A DNA stretch of 64,000 nucleotides from an uncultured Peptococcaceae bacterium (GCA_937897635.1 CALCQI010000025.1:53749-117748), one strand, 5' to 3'; counted from the first letter of the stretch, positions 28,363 through 39,764 are shown. Numbers and translations are program-made. Notes: generated by a model not told the origin, from the sequence alone.

Positions 28363-29385
28363 TTATTTAACATCACCAACACCAAAAATAATATTATGGC
28401 TGGCAAAAGCAGATTGTTTCACTTTTTCTTCCAATTCAGCACGAATCTGCGGGTTAGCTCTAAGATAAGCCTTGGCATTTTCCCTACCCTGACCTATTTT
28501 TTCATCATTGTAAGCATACCAGGCACCCGCTTTGTTGACTATTTTCAATTCTGTTGCCATATCTAAAATAGTACCTTCTCTGGAAATACCCTCACCAAAA
28601 ACAATATCAAATTCCGCCATTTTAAACGGGGGAGCAACTTTGTTTTTAACTATTTTTACTTTGGTACGGTTGCCTACGCTATCACCGCCTTGTTTTAAGG
28701 TATCGGAACGGCGTACGTCAATACGAATGGTTGCGTAAAATTTCAAAGCTCTGCCACCGGGAGTAACTTCAGGGTTACCGTATACAATGCCTACTTTTTC
28801 ACGCAATTGGTTAATAAATACTATAGAAGCCTTAGACTTACTTACCACACCTGTAAGCTTCCTTAAAGCCTGCGACATCAGGCGTGCCTGCAAACCCACA
28901 TGAGCATCACCCATTTCGCCTTCTATTTCTGCGCGTGGTACCAAAGCGGCTACAGAATCCACAACTACTATATCAACAGCACCGCTGCGCACCAAGGCTT
29001 CAGCAATTTCCAAAGCCTGCTCGCCCGTATCGGGCTGGGATACCAAAAGGTCATCCAAATTCACACCTATATTACTGGCATAGGTTGGGTCTAGCGCATG
29101 TTCCGCATCAATAAAAGCCGCTATACCACCCGCTTTTTGGGCTTCCGCCGCCATATGTAAAGCAACTGTGGTTTTGCCTGAAGATTCAGGCCCAAACACT
29201 TCAATTATCCTGCCGCGGGGAATACCACCCACACCAAGGGCAATATCCAGCGGCAAACAGCCCGTTGATATAACAGCTATACCGTTTCCCGCCGAGGAAG
29301 CACCCAAGCGCATAATCGAGCCTTTGCCAAACTGCTTTTCAATTTGCTGCAGCGCAACTTCCAAAGCATCATCTTTTTCCGACAT
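28363..29385 (-). CDS. recA: Recombinase RecA.
   Basis: 'GPESSGKTT' Walker A and full RecA core. Start set at 'MSEKDDAL', which has GGAGGTG 5 nt upstream. Confidence 0.95.
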   Translation of the reverse strand: MSEKDDALEVALQQIEKQFGKGSIMRLGASSAGNGIAVISTGCLPLDIALGVGGIPRGRIIEVFGPESSGKTTVALHMAAEAQKAGGIAAFIDAEHALDPTYASNIGVNLDDLLVSQPDTGEQALEIAEALVRSGAVDIVVVDSVAALVPRAEIEGEMGDAHVGLQARLMSQALRKLTGVVSKSKASIVFINQLREKVGIVYGNPEVTPGGRALKFYATIRIDVRRSDTLKQGGDSVGNRTKVKIVKNKVAPPFKMAEFDIVFGEGISREGTILDMATELKIVNKAGAWYAYNDEKIGQGRENAKAYLRANPQIRAELEEKVKQSAFASHNIIFGVGDVK

Positions 29386-29393
29386 TACCACAC

Positions 29394-29409
29394 CTCCGAA
29401 CATATGTTT
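29394..29409. promoter_or_regulatory. LexA (DinR / Cheo-type) operator overlapping the recA RBS.
   Basis: CCGAACATATGTTTGG matches the Firmicute SOS box consensus CGAACATATGTTCG at 13 of 14 positions. Confidence 0.6.
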
Positions 29410-29422
29410 GGTTCCATGCTCT

Positions 29423-29450
29423 GATTATAATCGAATTTCGTTTAAATTGC
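29423..29450 (-). promoter_or_regulatory. Putative recA sigma-A promoter (-35 TTGCAA, 16 nt spacer, -10 TATAAT).
   Basis: Hexamers read directly, just upstream of the LexA box. Confidence 0.45.
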
Positions 29451-29466
29451 AATAGCAAAACAGCTT

Positions 29467-29976
29467 TTATTTTACTAAATAGTCGCCCGCCAGCTGCCAA
29501 TAATGCTCTGCATGCCTTATATTGCTGTCGGCCCTTTCCTGTTCTATTTCTTTTACTACCTTAGCAGGCAGGCCCATAACCAGTGAATTAGACGGTATCA
29601 CCTTGCCGGGCGGCACCAAAGAACCTGCGCCTATAATAGAGCCCTTGCCTATTACAGCGCCATCCAAAATGATTGCTCCCATACCGATAAGGCAGTTATC
29701 CTCAATAGTACAGCCATGGATGATAGCACCGTGGCCTATTGTAACATAATTACCTATTACAGTTGGCAAATTGTTATCTACATGAACCGCCGAGCAATCC
29801 TGCACATTGCTGTAATCTCCCATAGTTATGTTATTCACATCACCACGTAAAACCGCATTATGCCAAATACTGGTATTTTTTCCTAATTTTACCTTACCAA
29901 CTACGGAAGCTGTGCTTGCTATAAAACACTCCCCCATAAATTGGGGCTCATTATTCAAATATTTTTCAACAGGCAT
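29467..29976 (-). CDS. Gamma-class carbonic-anhydrase-like hexapeptide-repeat protein.
   Basis: Left-handed beta-helix repeats with a conserved 'HG…IHGCTIED' His triad region. Confidence 0.8.
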   Translation of the reverse strand: MPVEKYLNNEPQFMGECFIASTASVVGKVKLGKNTSIWHNAVLRGDVNNITMGDYSNVQDCSAVHVDNNLPTVIGNYVTIGHGAIIHGCTIEDNCLIGMGAIILDGAVIGKGSIIGAGSLVPPGKVIPSNSLVMGLPAKVVKEIEQERADSNIRHAEHYWQLAGDYLVK

Positions 29977-29997
29977 TTTATTTCCCCCTTGAGTATC

Positions 29998-30957
29998 TTA
30001 ATATTTCCGTTTGGCTAAATGAGATGCTACACCTTTGAGCACATTCACCGCATCACTTTCAGGCAGTTTGTCTATTTCCAACATGGCCTTTTTGATAAAG
30101 CGTTCAGCTATTTCTTCCGCATAATCCAAACCGCCTGCCTGATTCACCATGGCAATGATTTTTTCAATTTCCGCAGGATCTTCTTTACTATTTAAAATGA
30201 ACTGTCCCAGCTTTTCCTTCCAATAGGAATTCTGTAAGCTGTATATAACAGGCAAGGACAGGTTGCCTTGACGCAAGTCGCTGCCTACCGGTTTGCCTAA
30301 AACGCTTTCCTCCGAAACCATATCCAAAATATCATCGGTTATTTGGAAGGCCATGCCCAAATAATAGCCATAACGCCTTAATATACCTATTTGCTCATCG
30401 GAAGCGCCGCTCACACAGGCGCCGCATTCACAGCTTGTAGCAAAAAGCAGAGCTGTTTTGCGCTGGATCCTGTAAAAATAGTCCCTGATATTCTGACCTA
30501 TACGGTAAGCATCCGCCAACTGCCTAAGCTCACCGCGGCACATTTCCAAAACAGTTTTATTAAAGGAATCTAAAATACGCAGGTCTTTATAATAAGATAT
30601 TACCTGAAAAGAACGCCCAACTATAAAATCTCCTATATAAACGGCGGTTTTATTGCCGTACAAAGCATTTATGGTAGGCATTTTCCGCCTGGTATCCGAT
30701 CCGTCTATAACATCATCGTGGATAAGGCTGCTGGTATGAATGAGTTCCAAAGCCGCCATCAAGGGCAAAAGCTTTTCGATTTCACAGCCGTTCACCCTGG
30801 CAGCAGCAATAGCAAAAGAAGGGCGCACCCTTTTGCCGCCCGCCTTTAAAATATGCAAAGCTGTGGAAGATATTAAAGGATCCTCCGATACTACGGATTT
30901 CTCTAAGTATTGTTCAAATATTTTCAGCTGTTCCTGTATAATAAGGGTTTGTTGCAT
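29998..30957 (-). CDS. hepT: Polyprenyl (hepta/octaprenyl) diphosphate synthase, trans-IPPS.
   Basis: 'LIHDDVIDGSDTRRK' (FARM) and 'FQITDDILD' (SARM) motifs. Confidence 0.8.
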   Translation of the reverse strand: MQQTLIIQEQLKIFEQYLEKSVVSEDPLISSTALHILKAGGKRVRPSFAIAAARVNGCEIEKLLPLMAALELIHTSSLIHDDVIDGSDTRRKMPTINALYGNKTAVYIGDFIVGRSFQVISYYKDLRILDSFNKTVLEMCRGELRQLADAYRIGQNIRDYFYRIQRKTALLFATSCECGACVSGASDEQIGILRRYGYYLGMAFQITDDILDMVSEESVLGKPVGSDLRQGNLSLPVIYSLQNSYWKEKLGQFILNSKEDPAEIEKIIAMVNQAGGLDYAEEIAERFIKKAMLEIDKLPESDAVNVLKGVASHLAKRKY

Positions 30958-31005
30958 GTTTTTAAGAGCTTTGATATTACCTGCCCCTTTCCCAGAAAAC
31001 TTGAT

Positions 31006-31767
31006 TTATAAGGATTTGCTTACAGTATTGGATTTAGGCATACCGAAGCAATTCAATAAAGGTTCCAAAACCAAAAGCCTTAAATCAGCGGCTAATTTAG
31101 CGGGAAGCATTGCCAAATAGCTTTCACAGTTTTCCAAATAATTCGGTTTGAGATTCAGCTTTTCCTTGATCAAACCCTGCATTATTCCACTGTAATAACC
31201 AAAACCGGCCATGGCCTCTTTAGCTTCACCCTCCAAGCCTGCCAGAGTAGCACCGATCAAGCCTGCCAAAGCAGGTAAATGCGCATATTCACCGTTTATT
31301 TCCTCTAAGCGCTCCTCAAGCGGGACAAAACCTCTTTCCGACCATTTAAGTTTTCCGTTTCTGGCTTCGTTCATTCTGCAAATCACATCACCCAAAGCAT
31401 CCAGCCAAGTACTTAAATCATTTTTTATCATGGCTTCATAAGCTTTGGCAAAAAGATAATCACCTATCAAAATCGGGTATTGATAATCCTCTTTTTCACC
31501 AACAGGTGGAACCTGATTATGTACCTGCTGCGCCAAATAGGTAAACTGCACCACCTGAGAGGCGCCATAAATACGCTTAAGTGCATTATCTGTACAACTA
31601 TCCATAGGTAGGTTAGGTATCAGCACCAGGGAAATCAAATAATCCTTGTCCAACCAGCTCAAATACAGCTGCTGCTTAAGCGGTATATTCCGCACATAAC
31701 GTTCATAATCCTCAGCAATAAAACTTTTTGCTATCATCAGTTGCTGCAATGCTTTAGCTTTCATCAC
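31006..31767 (-). CDS. Putative heptaprenyl diphosphate synthase component I (HepS-like).
   Basis: About 250 aa, helical, and directly upstream of hepT. The assignment rests on size and context only. Confidence 0.4.
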   Translation of the reverse strand: MMKAKALQQLMIAKSFIAEDYERYVRNIPLKQQLYLSWLDKDYLISLVLIPNLPMDSCTDNALKRIYGASQVVQFTYLAQQVHNQVPPVGEKEDYQYPILIGDYLFAKAYEAMIKNDLSTWLDALGDVICRMNEARNGKLKWSERGFVPLEERLEEINGEYAHLPALAGLIGATLAGLEGEAKEAMAGFGYYSGIMQGLIKEKLNLKPNYLENCESYLAMLPAKLAADLRLLVLEPLLNCFGMPKSNTVSKSL

Positions 31768-31796
31768 ACATTCCCTTCACACACTAAAATTTTACT

Positions 31797-33509
31797 TTAC
31801 TTTGTAAGTTCTTCCCCAATCCGCTTTTTCGTCCATTCAGTTATTTCCTCTACAGGTATTTCCATAGTTTCACCTGTAGCGCGTATTTTAACTTCTACCA
31901 CACCCTTAGCCAAGGATTTGGAGCCAACCACTATCCTTAAAGGATAGCCTATTAAATCCGCATCGTTGAATTTAACACCCGGACGTTCTTTGCGGTCATC
32001 TATCACTACTTCCACTTTGGCACGCAGAAGCTCATCATAAATTTTTTTGGCAGCTGCGGTAAGTGCTTCATCCTTATCGTTAACAGGTATAACTACTACC
32101 TGGTAGGGAGCCACCGCCATAGGCCAAATGATACCGTATTCATCATTGGATTGCTCTATAACAGCCGCCATAGTACGCCCTACACCAATACCGTAACAGC
32201 CCATTACTGCGGGACGTTCCACGCCTTCCTCATCCGTATAATTGGCCTCCAGAAGGCGGCTGTATTTATCATGCAATTTAAATATCTGGCCAATCTCAAT
32301 ACCGCGGGCACCCTGCAAAACCCCACCGCAATGAGGACATTTTTCGCCCGCCGTTACCTCACGGATATCCGCAACTTTATCTATTACAAAGTCGCCTCTT
32401 TGATAATTGACATTGAGTAGGTGATAGCCTTCCTCATTGGCGCCCGTAACATAGTTATACATCAATGGCACTTCGCAATCCGCTATTATTTCTATACCTT
32501 TAATGCCAACAGGGCCAAGGTAACCTGCTTTGCCGCCGAATTTTTCCACAGTTTCATCGCTTGCCATACTTAATTCCAAACAACCTAAAAGGTTTTGCAG
32601 TTTGACTTCGCTAACGTGGCGGTCGCCCCGTAAAAGCACCAGTACAGTTTTATCGTCTGCCTGATAATACATGGTTTTTACCACTGTGCTTGTGGGCAAG
32701 CCCAAAAAATTGGCTACATCCTCCACGGAAGCGCAGTTGGGCGTGGCAACTTTTTGGGTTTCGCCAAAAGCCTCTTTCTCACAAGCACCGGCAGGTACGG
32801 AAGCAATTTCCACACTGGCGGCGTAATCACAGGTATCACAATAAACTATAGCACTTTCGCCCGTATCCGCTATAGCCATGAATTCGTGGCTGCCGCTGCC
32901 GCCAATGGCACCGCTATCCGCTTCTACAGGACGGAATTTTAAACCACAACGTTTGAAAACATTAGTATAGGCCTCATGCATCCTTTGGTAGGTTTTATCC
33001 AGCCCCGCCTCATCACGGTCAAAAGAATACATATCCTTCATCATAAATTCCCTGCCCCGCATCAAGCCAAAACGAGGGCGGCGTTCATCACGGAACTTAG
33101 TTTGGATCTGGTATAAGCTTAAAGGCAGTTGTTTATAGGAACGCACATCTTGCTTGAAGGTCATGGTAATGGCTTCCTCATGGGTGGGGCCAAGGCAGAA
33201 ATCACGGTCATGCCTATCCTTCACCCGCCATAATTCGGCACCATAAACATCCCAGCGTCCTGAAGCTTGCCACCATTCGGCAGGCTGTACTATAGGCATA
33301 AGCAATTCCTGGCCGCCTGCCGCATCCATTTCCTCCCTGATTATATTCATGATTTTGCGCATAGTCCGCCATGACATCGGTAAATAGGTATACATACCCG
33401 AAGCGACCTTTCTGATCATACCCGCACGCAGCATCAATTTGTGGCTTTCAATTTCCGCCTCCGCAGGTACTTCACGCAAAGTAGGCGCGTATAAATTTGT
33501 AGCTCTCAT
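31797..33509 (-). CDS. proS: Proline-tRNA ligase (bacterial type with INS editing domain).
   Basis: 570 aa with class II aaRS motifs and a conserved N-terminus '[19 protein letters not shown]'. Confidence 0.95.
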   Translation of the reverse strand: MRATNLYAPTLREVPAEAEIESHKLMLRAGMIRKVASGMYTYLPMSWRTMRKIMNIIREEMDAAGGQELLMPIVQPAEWWQASGRWDVYGAELWRVKDRHDRDFCLGPTHEEAITMTFKQDVRSYKQLPLSLYQIQTKFRDERRPRFGLMRGREFMMKDMYSFDRDEAGLDKTYQRMHEAYTNVFKRCGLKFRPVEADSGAIGGSGSHEFMAIADTGESAIVYCDTCDYAASVEIASVPAGACEKEAFGETQKVATPNCASVEDVANFLGLPTSTVVKTMYYQADDKTVLVLLRGDRHVSEVKLQNLLGCLELSMASDETVEKFGGKAGYLGPVGIKGIEIIADCEVPLMYNYVTGANEEGYHLLNVNYQRGDFVIDKVADIREVTAGEKCPHCGGVLQGARGIEIGQIFKLHDKYSRLLEANYTDEEGVERPAVMGCYGIGVGRTMAAVIEQSNDEYGIIWPMAVAPYQVVVIPVNDKDEALTAAAKKIYDELLRAKVEVVIDDRKERPGVKFNDADLIGYPLRIVVGSKSLAKGVVEVKIRATGETMEIPVEEITEWTKKRIGEELTK

Positions 33510-33533
33510 TTTCTTTCCTCCATTGTTCTTGGT

Positions 33534-34601
33534 TTATAATAATTTTTGAATTTCCTCCAAAAGCCTGTCCACCAGTTCTTCAGCCTTATATTTACCAACA
33601 GGCTTGCCTTTGGCAAAAATCAATCCTTCGCCTATACCGCCTGCAATACCTATATCCGCCTCCCTGGCTTCACCCGGTCCATTTACCACACAACCCATTA
33701 TCGCAACTTTTAAGGGCTTTTCAATATTCAAGGCATCTACCTTTTCTTCTATTTCCGTTGCCAAGCTTATCATATCTATTTTGGTTCTGCCGCAAGTAGG
33801 ACACACTATATACTCCAAACCCTGTTTATACAAGCCAAATGCACGCAAAATCTCTTTAGCTACAAATATTTCCTCCACGGGGCTTGCCGCCAGCGAAACA
33901 CGCATAGTATCGCCCAGGCCTTCACCTAATAAAGCGCCTATGCCTACAGCGGATTTGATACTGCCCCGTCTTGCCGTACCTGCTTCGGTAACGCCTATAT
34001 GAAAAGGATATTCCGTATATTCGGCAAGCTTGCGGTAAGATTCCAGCATCAGCGGTACATTAGAGGCTTTCAGTGATACTTTTATTAAATCGAAACCCGT
34101 TTTTTCCAAAATATCTATTTGCTTTTTGGCGCTTTCCACAATGGCCTCGGTAGTAACGCCACCGTATTTTTCTAATAAAGCCGCTTCCAAAGAACCGCTG
34201 TTCACGCCTACCCGTATGGGAATATTTTTGGCCTTGGCGGCAAGTGCCACTTTGTGCACCCTAGCTTCCGAGCCTATATTACCCGGGTTCAGCCTTAAAC
34301 CGGCTACGCCGGCTTCAATTGCTCCCAAAGCCAAGTGATAATCGAAATGGATATCGGCTATAACGGGCAGGGGGCTTTTTCTTAAAATCAGGGGCAGTGC
34401 CGAAAGGGCTTCGACATCGGGAACCGTTACCCGCACTATTTGACAGCCCACCATATTAAGTGCTTGAATTTGCGCAAGCGTAGCCTTAACATCCGCTGTT
34501 GGCGTATTTGTCATAGACTGTATGCTTACAGGTGCATCACCGCCCACCGCCACATTATCTATATAAATTTTTTTGGTTTTACGCCTTTTTGTATTTACCA
34601 C
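33534..34601 (-). CDS. ispG: 4-hydroxy-3-methylbut-2-enyl diphosphate synthase IspG (GcpE).
   Basis: 'CPTCGRT…MGCVVNGPGE' [4Fe-4S] motif. Confidence 0.95.
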   Translation of the reverse strand: MVNTKRRKTKKIYIDNVAVGGDAPVSIQSMTNTPTADVKATLAQIQALNMVGCQIVRVTVPDVEALSALPLILRKSPLPVIADIHFDYHLALGAIEAGVAGLRLNPGNIGSEARVHKVALAAKAKNIPIRVGVNSGSLEAALLEKYGGVTTEAIVESAKKQIDILEKTGFDLIKVSLKASNVPLMLESYRKLAEYTEYPFHIGVTEAGTARRGSIKSAVGIGALLGEGLGDTMRVSLAASPVEEIFVAKEILRAFGLYKQGLEYIVCPTCGRTKIDMISLATEIEEKVDALNIEKPLKVAIMGCVVNGPGEAREADIGIAGGIGEGLIFAKGKPVGKYKAEELVDRLLEEIQKLL

Positions 34602-34605
34602 TTGC

Positions 34606-35616
34606 TTAACCGCCTATCAATTTTATTATATCGTTATAGGTAATAAGCACCATTAAGCCCAATAATACCATCAAACCCACAAAATTCATAAAGCCTTCTT
34701 TATTAGGATCAATCGGCTTGCCGCGTATGCCCTCGATAGCCAGGAAAAGCAAACGGCTGCCATCCAAAGCAGGAAAAGGCAAAAGGTTGATAATACCCAA
34801 GTTTATGCTTAAAATGCCCGCAAATAAGAACAGGTACATAAAGCCTACTTCAGCATAATCACCAACCATACCAACCATGCCCACAGGCCCTGCAACTTCC
34901 ACTTTCATTTGGCCTGTAGCCATTTGATAAAGTGATACCAATAAAAGCTTGCTGAAATTATAAGTTTGCACACAACCAAGCTTAACGGATTCTATAATAT
35001 TTACTTTATCCACACTTTGGGTAATGCCCAAAATGCCATAACCCACCTGTTCATCCAAAACAGGGGTAACTTCCGTATTATAAGTGCTGCCGTCTCTTTC
35101 CATAACCAGGTTCAATTCCTTGCCCGCATTTTGCCTAATCATCTCTACCGCTTCCAGCCATTCGGAAACCACTACACCATCAATTTGAGAAATTCTATCA
35201 CCCGTTTCGATACCTGCGGCTGCAGCAGGCTTGTCTGCCATTACCTCACCTATAACAGTGCTTTGGCTAGGCACACCAAAATACATATAAGCCACCATAA
35301 AAAAAATGATCGCAAAAATAAAATTCATGGCAGGGCCTGAAAAAACCACAGCCATCCTTGCCAAAACCGATTTTTGGCAAAAAGCATTGGGTTCTTCCGA
35401 GGCTTCATCTTCACCGTTCATTTTAACATAGCCGCCTATAGGAAAAATACGCAAAGAATATTTGGTTTCCTTGCCCTTCCATTGAACTATTTTAGGGCCC
35501 ATGCCCAAGGAAAATTCCTCCACAAAAATACCGTTCAGCTTTGCTACCGCAAAATGACCGAATTCATGAGTTAAAATCAAAACACATAAAATGATTATGG
35601 TATAAACTATACTCAT
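34606..35616 (-). CDS. rseP: RIP zinc metalloprotease RseP (M50 family with PDZ domain).
   Basis: 'HEFGHF' HExxH motif in a TM helix and a downstream 'LDG' motif. Confidence 0.9.
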   Translation of the reverse strand: MSIVYTIIILCVLILTHEFGHFAVAKLNGIFVEEFSLGMGPKIVQWKGKETKYSLRIFPIGGYVKMNGEDEASEEPNAFCQKSVLARMAVVFSGPAMNFIFAIIFFMVAYMYFGVPSQSTVIGEVMADKPAAAAGIETGDRISQIDGVVVSEWLEAVEMIRQNAGKELNLVMERDGSTYNTEVTPVLDEQVGYGILGITQSVDKVNIIESVKLGCVQTYNFSKLLLVSLYQMATGQMKVEVAGPVGMVGMVGDYAEVGFMYLFLFAGILSINLGIINLLPFPALDGSRLLFLAIEGIRGKPIDPNKEGFMNFVGLMVLLGLMVLITYNDIIKLIGG

Positions 35617-36764
35617 CTATACACTCCTTTATATGCTTTTGCCTGCGCCCTGGCAGCTTCATCAACCGCCAAAACAGTATCCAAGTTCTTTATATAAATT
35701 GTCCAGTGTTTAGACATCAATTCTTCAACGCCTCTGGGTATATCCCAAAAACCTATTTCACCCTTCAAAAACCGCCACACCAAAACTTCATTTACTGCAT
35801 TCAGCACTATGGGGTTGCTTTCGCCTATCATGCCGGCTTGCTTAGCCAGCTTAAGACAGGGAAAACGGTTTTCATCAGGCTCGCTGAAAGTAAGCTGACC
35901 TATTTTTGCAAAATCAACTTCAGGCAGTTCGTTTGCCCACCTTTCCGGGTAAGTGAGCGCATATTGAATAGGTACCCGCATATCGGGCAAGCCCATATGG
36001 GCAAGCACCGCACTGTCATTATAACGTACCATGGAATGAATGATGCTTTGTGGGTGGATGACTACATCTATATTTTCATATGGCACATCAAAAAGCCAGC
36101 GTGCCTCAATTATTTCCAAACCTTTGTTCATAAGGGTTGCACTATCTATAGAAATTTTAGGCCCCATATTCCAGGTTGGGTGTTTAAGAGCTATTTCAGG
36201 TGTTACCGCCTTAAGGGTAAACATATCAGCATCCCTAAAAGGGCCGCCCGAAGCCGTTAAAACCAAGCTTTTAATACCATTATGCCCCTGCATACATTGC
36301 CAGATCGCCGAATGCTCACTATCCACAGGCAATATGCGCACACCTTTTTCTTTAGCCAACTGGGTAACTATAGCACCTGCTGCTACCAATACCTCTTTAT
36401 TGGCTAAAGCTATATCCTTGCCTGCCTCGATAGCTCGAAAAACGGGCACAAGGCCTGCCAGCCCTGAAATGGCGGCAACCACTATATCCGCCTCGGCCAT
36501 GGTTGCGGCGGCTAATACGCCTTCCTCACCACACATTAGTTCACCCTTGTAATTCGGTAGGGCATCTTTTAATTCTTTATAAAAACATTCCTCACGAATG
36601 ACCGCAAGCTTAGGCCCATATTTGATTATCTGCTGTGCTAAAAGCTCCCAGTTGGAACCGCCAACCAAAGCGTCCACCGCAAATTCTTCACTGAACCAAT
36701 CACACACTTCCAGGGTTTGACGCCCAATAGAACCCGTACTGCCCAAAACCGCCAAATGCTTCAT
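35613..36764 (-). CDS. dxr: 1-deoxy-D-xylulose-5-phosphate reductoisomerase.
   Basis: 'LAVLGSTGSIG' NADPH-binding motif, 383 aa. Confidence 0.95.
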   Translation of the reverse strand: MKHLAVLGSTGSIGRQTLEVCDWFSEEFAVDALVGGSNWELLAQQIIKYGPKLAVIREECFYKELKDALPNYKGELMCGEEGVLAAATMAEADIVVAAISGLAGLVPVFRAIEAGKDIALANKEVLVAAGAIVTQLAKEKGVRILPVDSEHSAIWQCMQGHNGIKSLVLTASGGPFRDADMFTLKAVTPEIALKHPTWNMGPKISIDSATLMNKGLEIIEARWLFDVPYENIDVVIHPQSIIHSMVRYNDSAVLAHMGLPDMRVPIQYALTYPERWANELPEVDFAKIGQLTFSEPDENRFPCLKLAKQAGMIGESNPIVLNAVNEVLVWRFLKGEIGFWDIPRGVEELMSKHWTIYIKNLDTVLAVDEAARAQAKAYKGVYR

Positions 36765-36789
36765 TAATTAGAACTCCTTACCCATGCCC

Positions 36790-37899
36790 TTATTTTACGG
36801 GCTTTATTATATCTTTATTATCTTTGGATGCTCTGAATATACCAAGTATTAGCACCAATAAAATAGGCCCCGCAATCAAACCTATAACACCGAACATTTG
36901 CAAACCTATAAAAATTGCCGCCAAACCCGCAAGCGGATGCAAGCCTATATTTTGCGAAACTATTTTAGGTTCCAACACCTGCCTGCTTACGGTAATAACA
37001 GCATAAATAATAATAAGGCCTATGCCAAGCTTCATATTACCCGAAATCAATGATAAAACTGCCCAGGGGATAATTAAAGTACCTGGACCAAGTACAGGGA
37101 TTATATCAAAAAGACCTGTTAACAAGCCCATAGTAAAAGCATATGGTGTACCTAAAATCAAAAAGCCAATCGTGCATAGCACCATGGTAATGCTCATAAC
37201 AGTTATTTGTGCCCTAAAATAACCGGAAAAAGCCTTCGTAGCATTACTGTAGGTATCCACCACTTGATTACGTTTTGAGGCAGGGAAAAGGCCGGCAAAA
37301 CGCCGAAGCAGTTTATCCTTATCCTTAATAAAGAAATAAGTGCCCAAAATAGTAACTATAACAATAAGCACCAAGGAGGGCGTGAACATTAAAAAGTTTA
37401 ACAGGCTGTTCAAAAATTGGTTGGTCCATTCCGAAAAAGCATCAATGAGCTTTTGCAGCGATTCCTTAATGGTATTTATATCCGCAACATTAAGCAGTAT
37501 GAAATTATAAATATTGTTCATAAAATGAGTAACGGCATCCACATATTGCTGCAGATCAGGTATCCTATCGATCATTTTGGCTATTTCATTGATAAGCCTT
37601 GAAATCAATGCACCTATAATTACAATAATAGCTATTAAAGTAAGCAAAACTACATTTAAAGCAGCCCAAGTACGCGACATTTTAAGCTTTCTTTCCAATA
37701 AGCCCACCAAAGGCTCCAAAAGAGCTGAAAGCACAAATGCTAAAATAAAAGGCAAAAGAATAGGCCCGATAAAGGCGGCAAACCTGCCCAAAACGGGAAG
37801 CACATAATCACCCAAAATGTAAACAGCCAAAAGAGCGGCCAAAACTGTAATAGAAAACTTTAGCCAATAATTTAGTTTATCCCGTTCAATATATTTCAC
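36790..37899 (-). CDS. AI-2E-family (PerM/YtvI-like) integral membrane transporter.
   Basis: About 8 TM helices with an AI-2E-like organisation. Confidence 0.7.
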   Translation of the reverse strand: MKYIERDKLNYWLKFSITVLAALLAVYILGDYVLPVLGRFAAFIGPILLPFILAFVLSALLEPLVGLLERKLKMSRTWAALNVVLLTLIAIIVIIGALISRLINEIAKMIDRIPDLQQYVDAVTHFMNNIYNFILLNVADINTIKESLQKLIDAFSEWTNQFLNSLLNFLMFTPSLVLIVIVTILGTYFFIKDKDKLLRRFAGLFPASKRNQVVDTYSNATKAFSGYFRAQITVMSITMVLCTIGFLILGTPYAFTMGLLTGLFDIIPVLGPGTLIIPWAVLSLISGNMKLGIGLIIIYAVITVSRQVLEPKIVSQNIGLHPLAGLAAIFIGLQMFGVIGLIAGPILLVLILGIFRASKDNKDIIKPVK

Positions 37900-38697
37900 T
37901 TATATTCCCCCTCTGCCAATACACAAAATAATTTCATAGGCATAATAAATAAAAGGAGCTATTAAAATTATACTGTCAAAGCGGTCTAAAATACCACCGT
38001 GTCCCGGCAAAAATTTGCCCGCGTCCTTAACACCTGCCCAGCGTTTAAGCCAGGATTCCAAAAAGTCGCCTATTTGCCCTAAAACAGAGCATAAAAAAGC
38101 TATAACTAAAATAGCAGCCATGGGATAATCTAAAATAAAATAATTATATAAAGCAATTACGGCAACACAAGTAACCAAACCACCTATAGCACCCTCCCAG
38201 GATTTTTTAGGGCTTATGGCAGGCATGATCTTATGCTTGCCAAAGAGCATACCAAAAGCATAGGCACCTGTATCCGTAGCCCAAGCTATTAAAAAAGTTA
38301 ACAAAATAAGCCAAAAACCATCCGGCAATTGCCTTATAGCTATAAGATGGCTAAAGCTCCAGGAAACATAAAGCATACCGCACACAGCCATAGTGAAACT
38401 GGGAAAAGGGGCTTTATTAAAAAGCACCCAGCAGGTAGCCGAACCCAAGGCAAGTGCTATGGCAACACCAAGCATATTGGCATCGTAATAGGCTATTGCC
38501 ACAAAAATAAAAGTGATGATTATCATCAGCCAAAAAGGCTGGTAAATATCCTTTCCCTGTACCATTGCCGTATATTCCTTAATAGCTACTATAATAACCC
38601 CCGCTACCACGGCAGGCCAAACCAAACCGCCCAAATACATGGTAATGAGCAGAAATGGTACAAACAGCATAGCACTAAGAAATCTTTGCTTAAGCAT
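37900..38697 (-). CDS. cdsA: Phosphatidate cytidylyltransferase.
   Basis: C-terminal signature 'SPKKSWEGAIGG…GDFLESWLKR…GHGGILDRFDS'. Confidence 0.9.
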   Translation of the reverse strand: MLKQRFLSAMLFVPFLLITMYLGGLVWPAVVAGVIIVAIKEYTAMVQGKDIYQPFWLMIIITFIFVAIAYYDANMLGVAIALALGSATCWVLFNKAPFPSFTMAVCGMLYVSWSFSHLIAIRQLPDGFWLILLTFLIAWATDTGAYAFGMLFGKHKIMPAISPKKSWEGAIGGLVTCVAVIALYNYFILDYPMAAILVIAFLCSVLGQIGDFLESWLKRWAGVKDAGKFLPGHGGILDRFDSIILIAPFIYYAYEIILCIGRGGI

Positions 38698-38720
38698 ATA
38701 AACCTCCCAAATAGGAACAG

Positions 38721-39488
38721 CTAAACCTTACCGAAACGACGCTGCCGTTTTTGATAATGCGAAATTGCGGCAATAAGCTCATTTTTATCAAAATCCGGCC
38801 AATAAATATCTGTATAATAAAATTCACTGTAAGCCAACTGCCATAACAAAAAATTAGAAAGCCTTTGTTCGCCTGAGGTACGAATAAGCAAATCAGGATC
38901 AGGCAAGCTGCTGGTACTGAGCCTTTTAGCAAAGCATTCCTCATTGATATTGCAAGCTTTAAGCTTACCCTGCTCAACCTCTTCGGCAATTTTTTTTGCG
39001 GCCTCCACTATATCCCAGCGGCCGCCGTAATTCAAGGCTATATTAAAAATAAGGCCTGTGTTTTCTTTAGTATCTTTAACTGCTTTTTCCACTGCCATAC
39101 GAGCTTCTTTCGGCAGCAAATTAAGATCACCCAGGATTTTCACTTGTACATTTTTATTTTTAAGCTTAGTTAGCTTTTGTGCAGCAAAATCCTTAAGCAG
39201 CTTCATTAAAAGACTTACCTCAGCTTGGGGACGCTGCCAGTTTTCCGTGGAAAAAGCAAAAACCGTAAGTATTTTCACACCCAAATCATCGCAGGCTTCC
39301 ACAATATTCTCAACCGCCGTCATGCCCTGATAATGGCCCGCGGTACGCGGCAAATTACGTTTTTTGGCCCAACGCCCGTTGCCATCCATGATAACGGCAA
39401 TATGGGTGGGGATATTTGATTTATCAAAAGCCAAAGCTTCCTCAACTTTATGGTTAGGGGATTTGGCTTTCTGCCATAGCTTTTTCAC
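38721..39488 (-). CDS. uppS: Undecaprenyl diphosphate synthase.
   Basis: 'HIAVIMDGNGRWA' and 'FSTENW' motifs. Confidence 0.95.
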   Translation of the reverse strand: MKKLWQKAKSPNHKVEEALAFDKSNIPTHIAVIMDGNGRWAKKRNLPRTAGHYQGMTAVENIVEACDDLGVKILTVFAFSTENWQRPQAEVSLLMKLLKDFAAQKLTKLKNKNVQVKILGDLNLLPKEARMAVEKAVKDTKENTGLIFNIALNYGGRWDIVEAAKKIAEEVEQGKLKACNINEECFAKRLSTSSLPDPDLLIRTSGEQRLSNFLLWQLAYSEFYYTDIYWPDFDKNELIAAISHYQKRQRRFGKV

Positions 39489-39720
39489 AGTAAGCCTCCT
39501 TAAGTAAGCGTATCAAACCATAAAAAACCACACACTCTATATCATACACTATTTTTAATGATTTAGCTATTTTTTTATAAAAATATCTTAAAATAACAGC
39601 TTCACACTAGCATATTTTAAAAAATATTCTAAAATAATAAAAAACACATGAAAACGAAACTGTTTTATTAGCGTCAAATCACCTAATGATATACTGCTTG
39701 AAAAGTTTTATTTTGAAATA

Positions 39721-39748
39721 AAAAACCCCCTCGTACGAGGGGGTTTTA
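39721..39748 (-). terminator. Rho-independent terminator downstream of the ferredoxin gene.
   Basis: ccccctcg-ta-cgaggggg stem, followed by a T-run on the minus strand. Confidence 0.7.
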
Positions 39749-39764
39749 TGTAGTAATCCACTGC

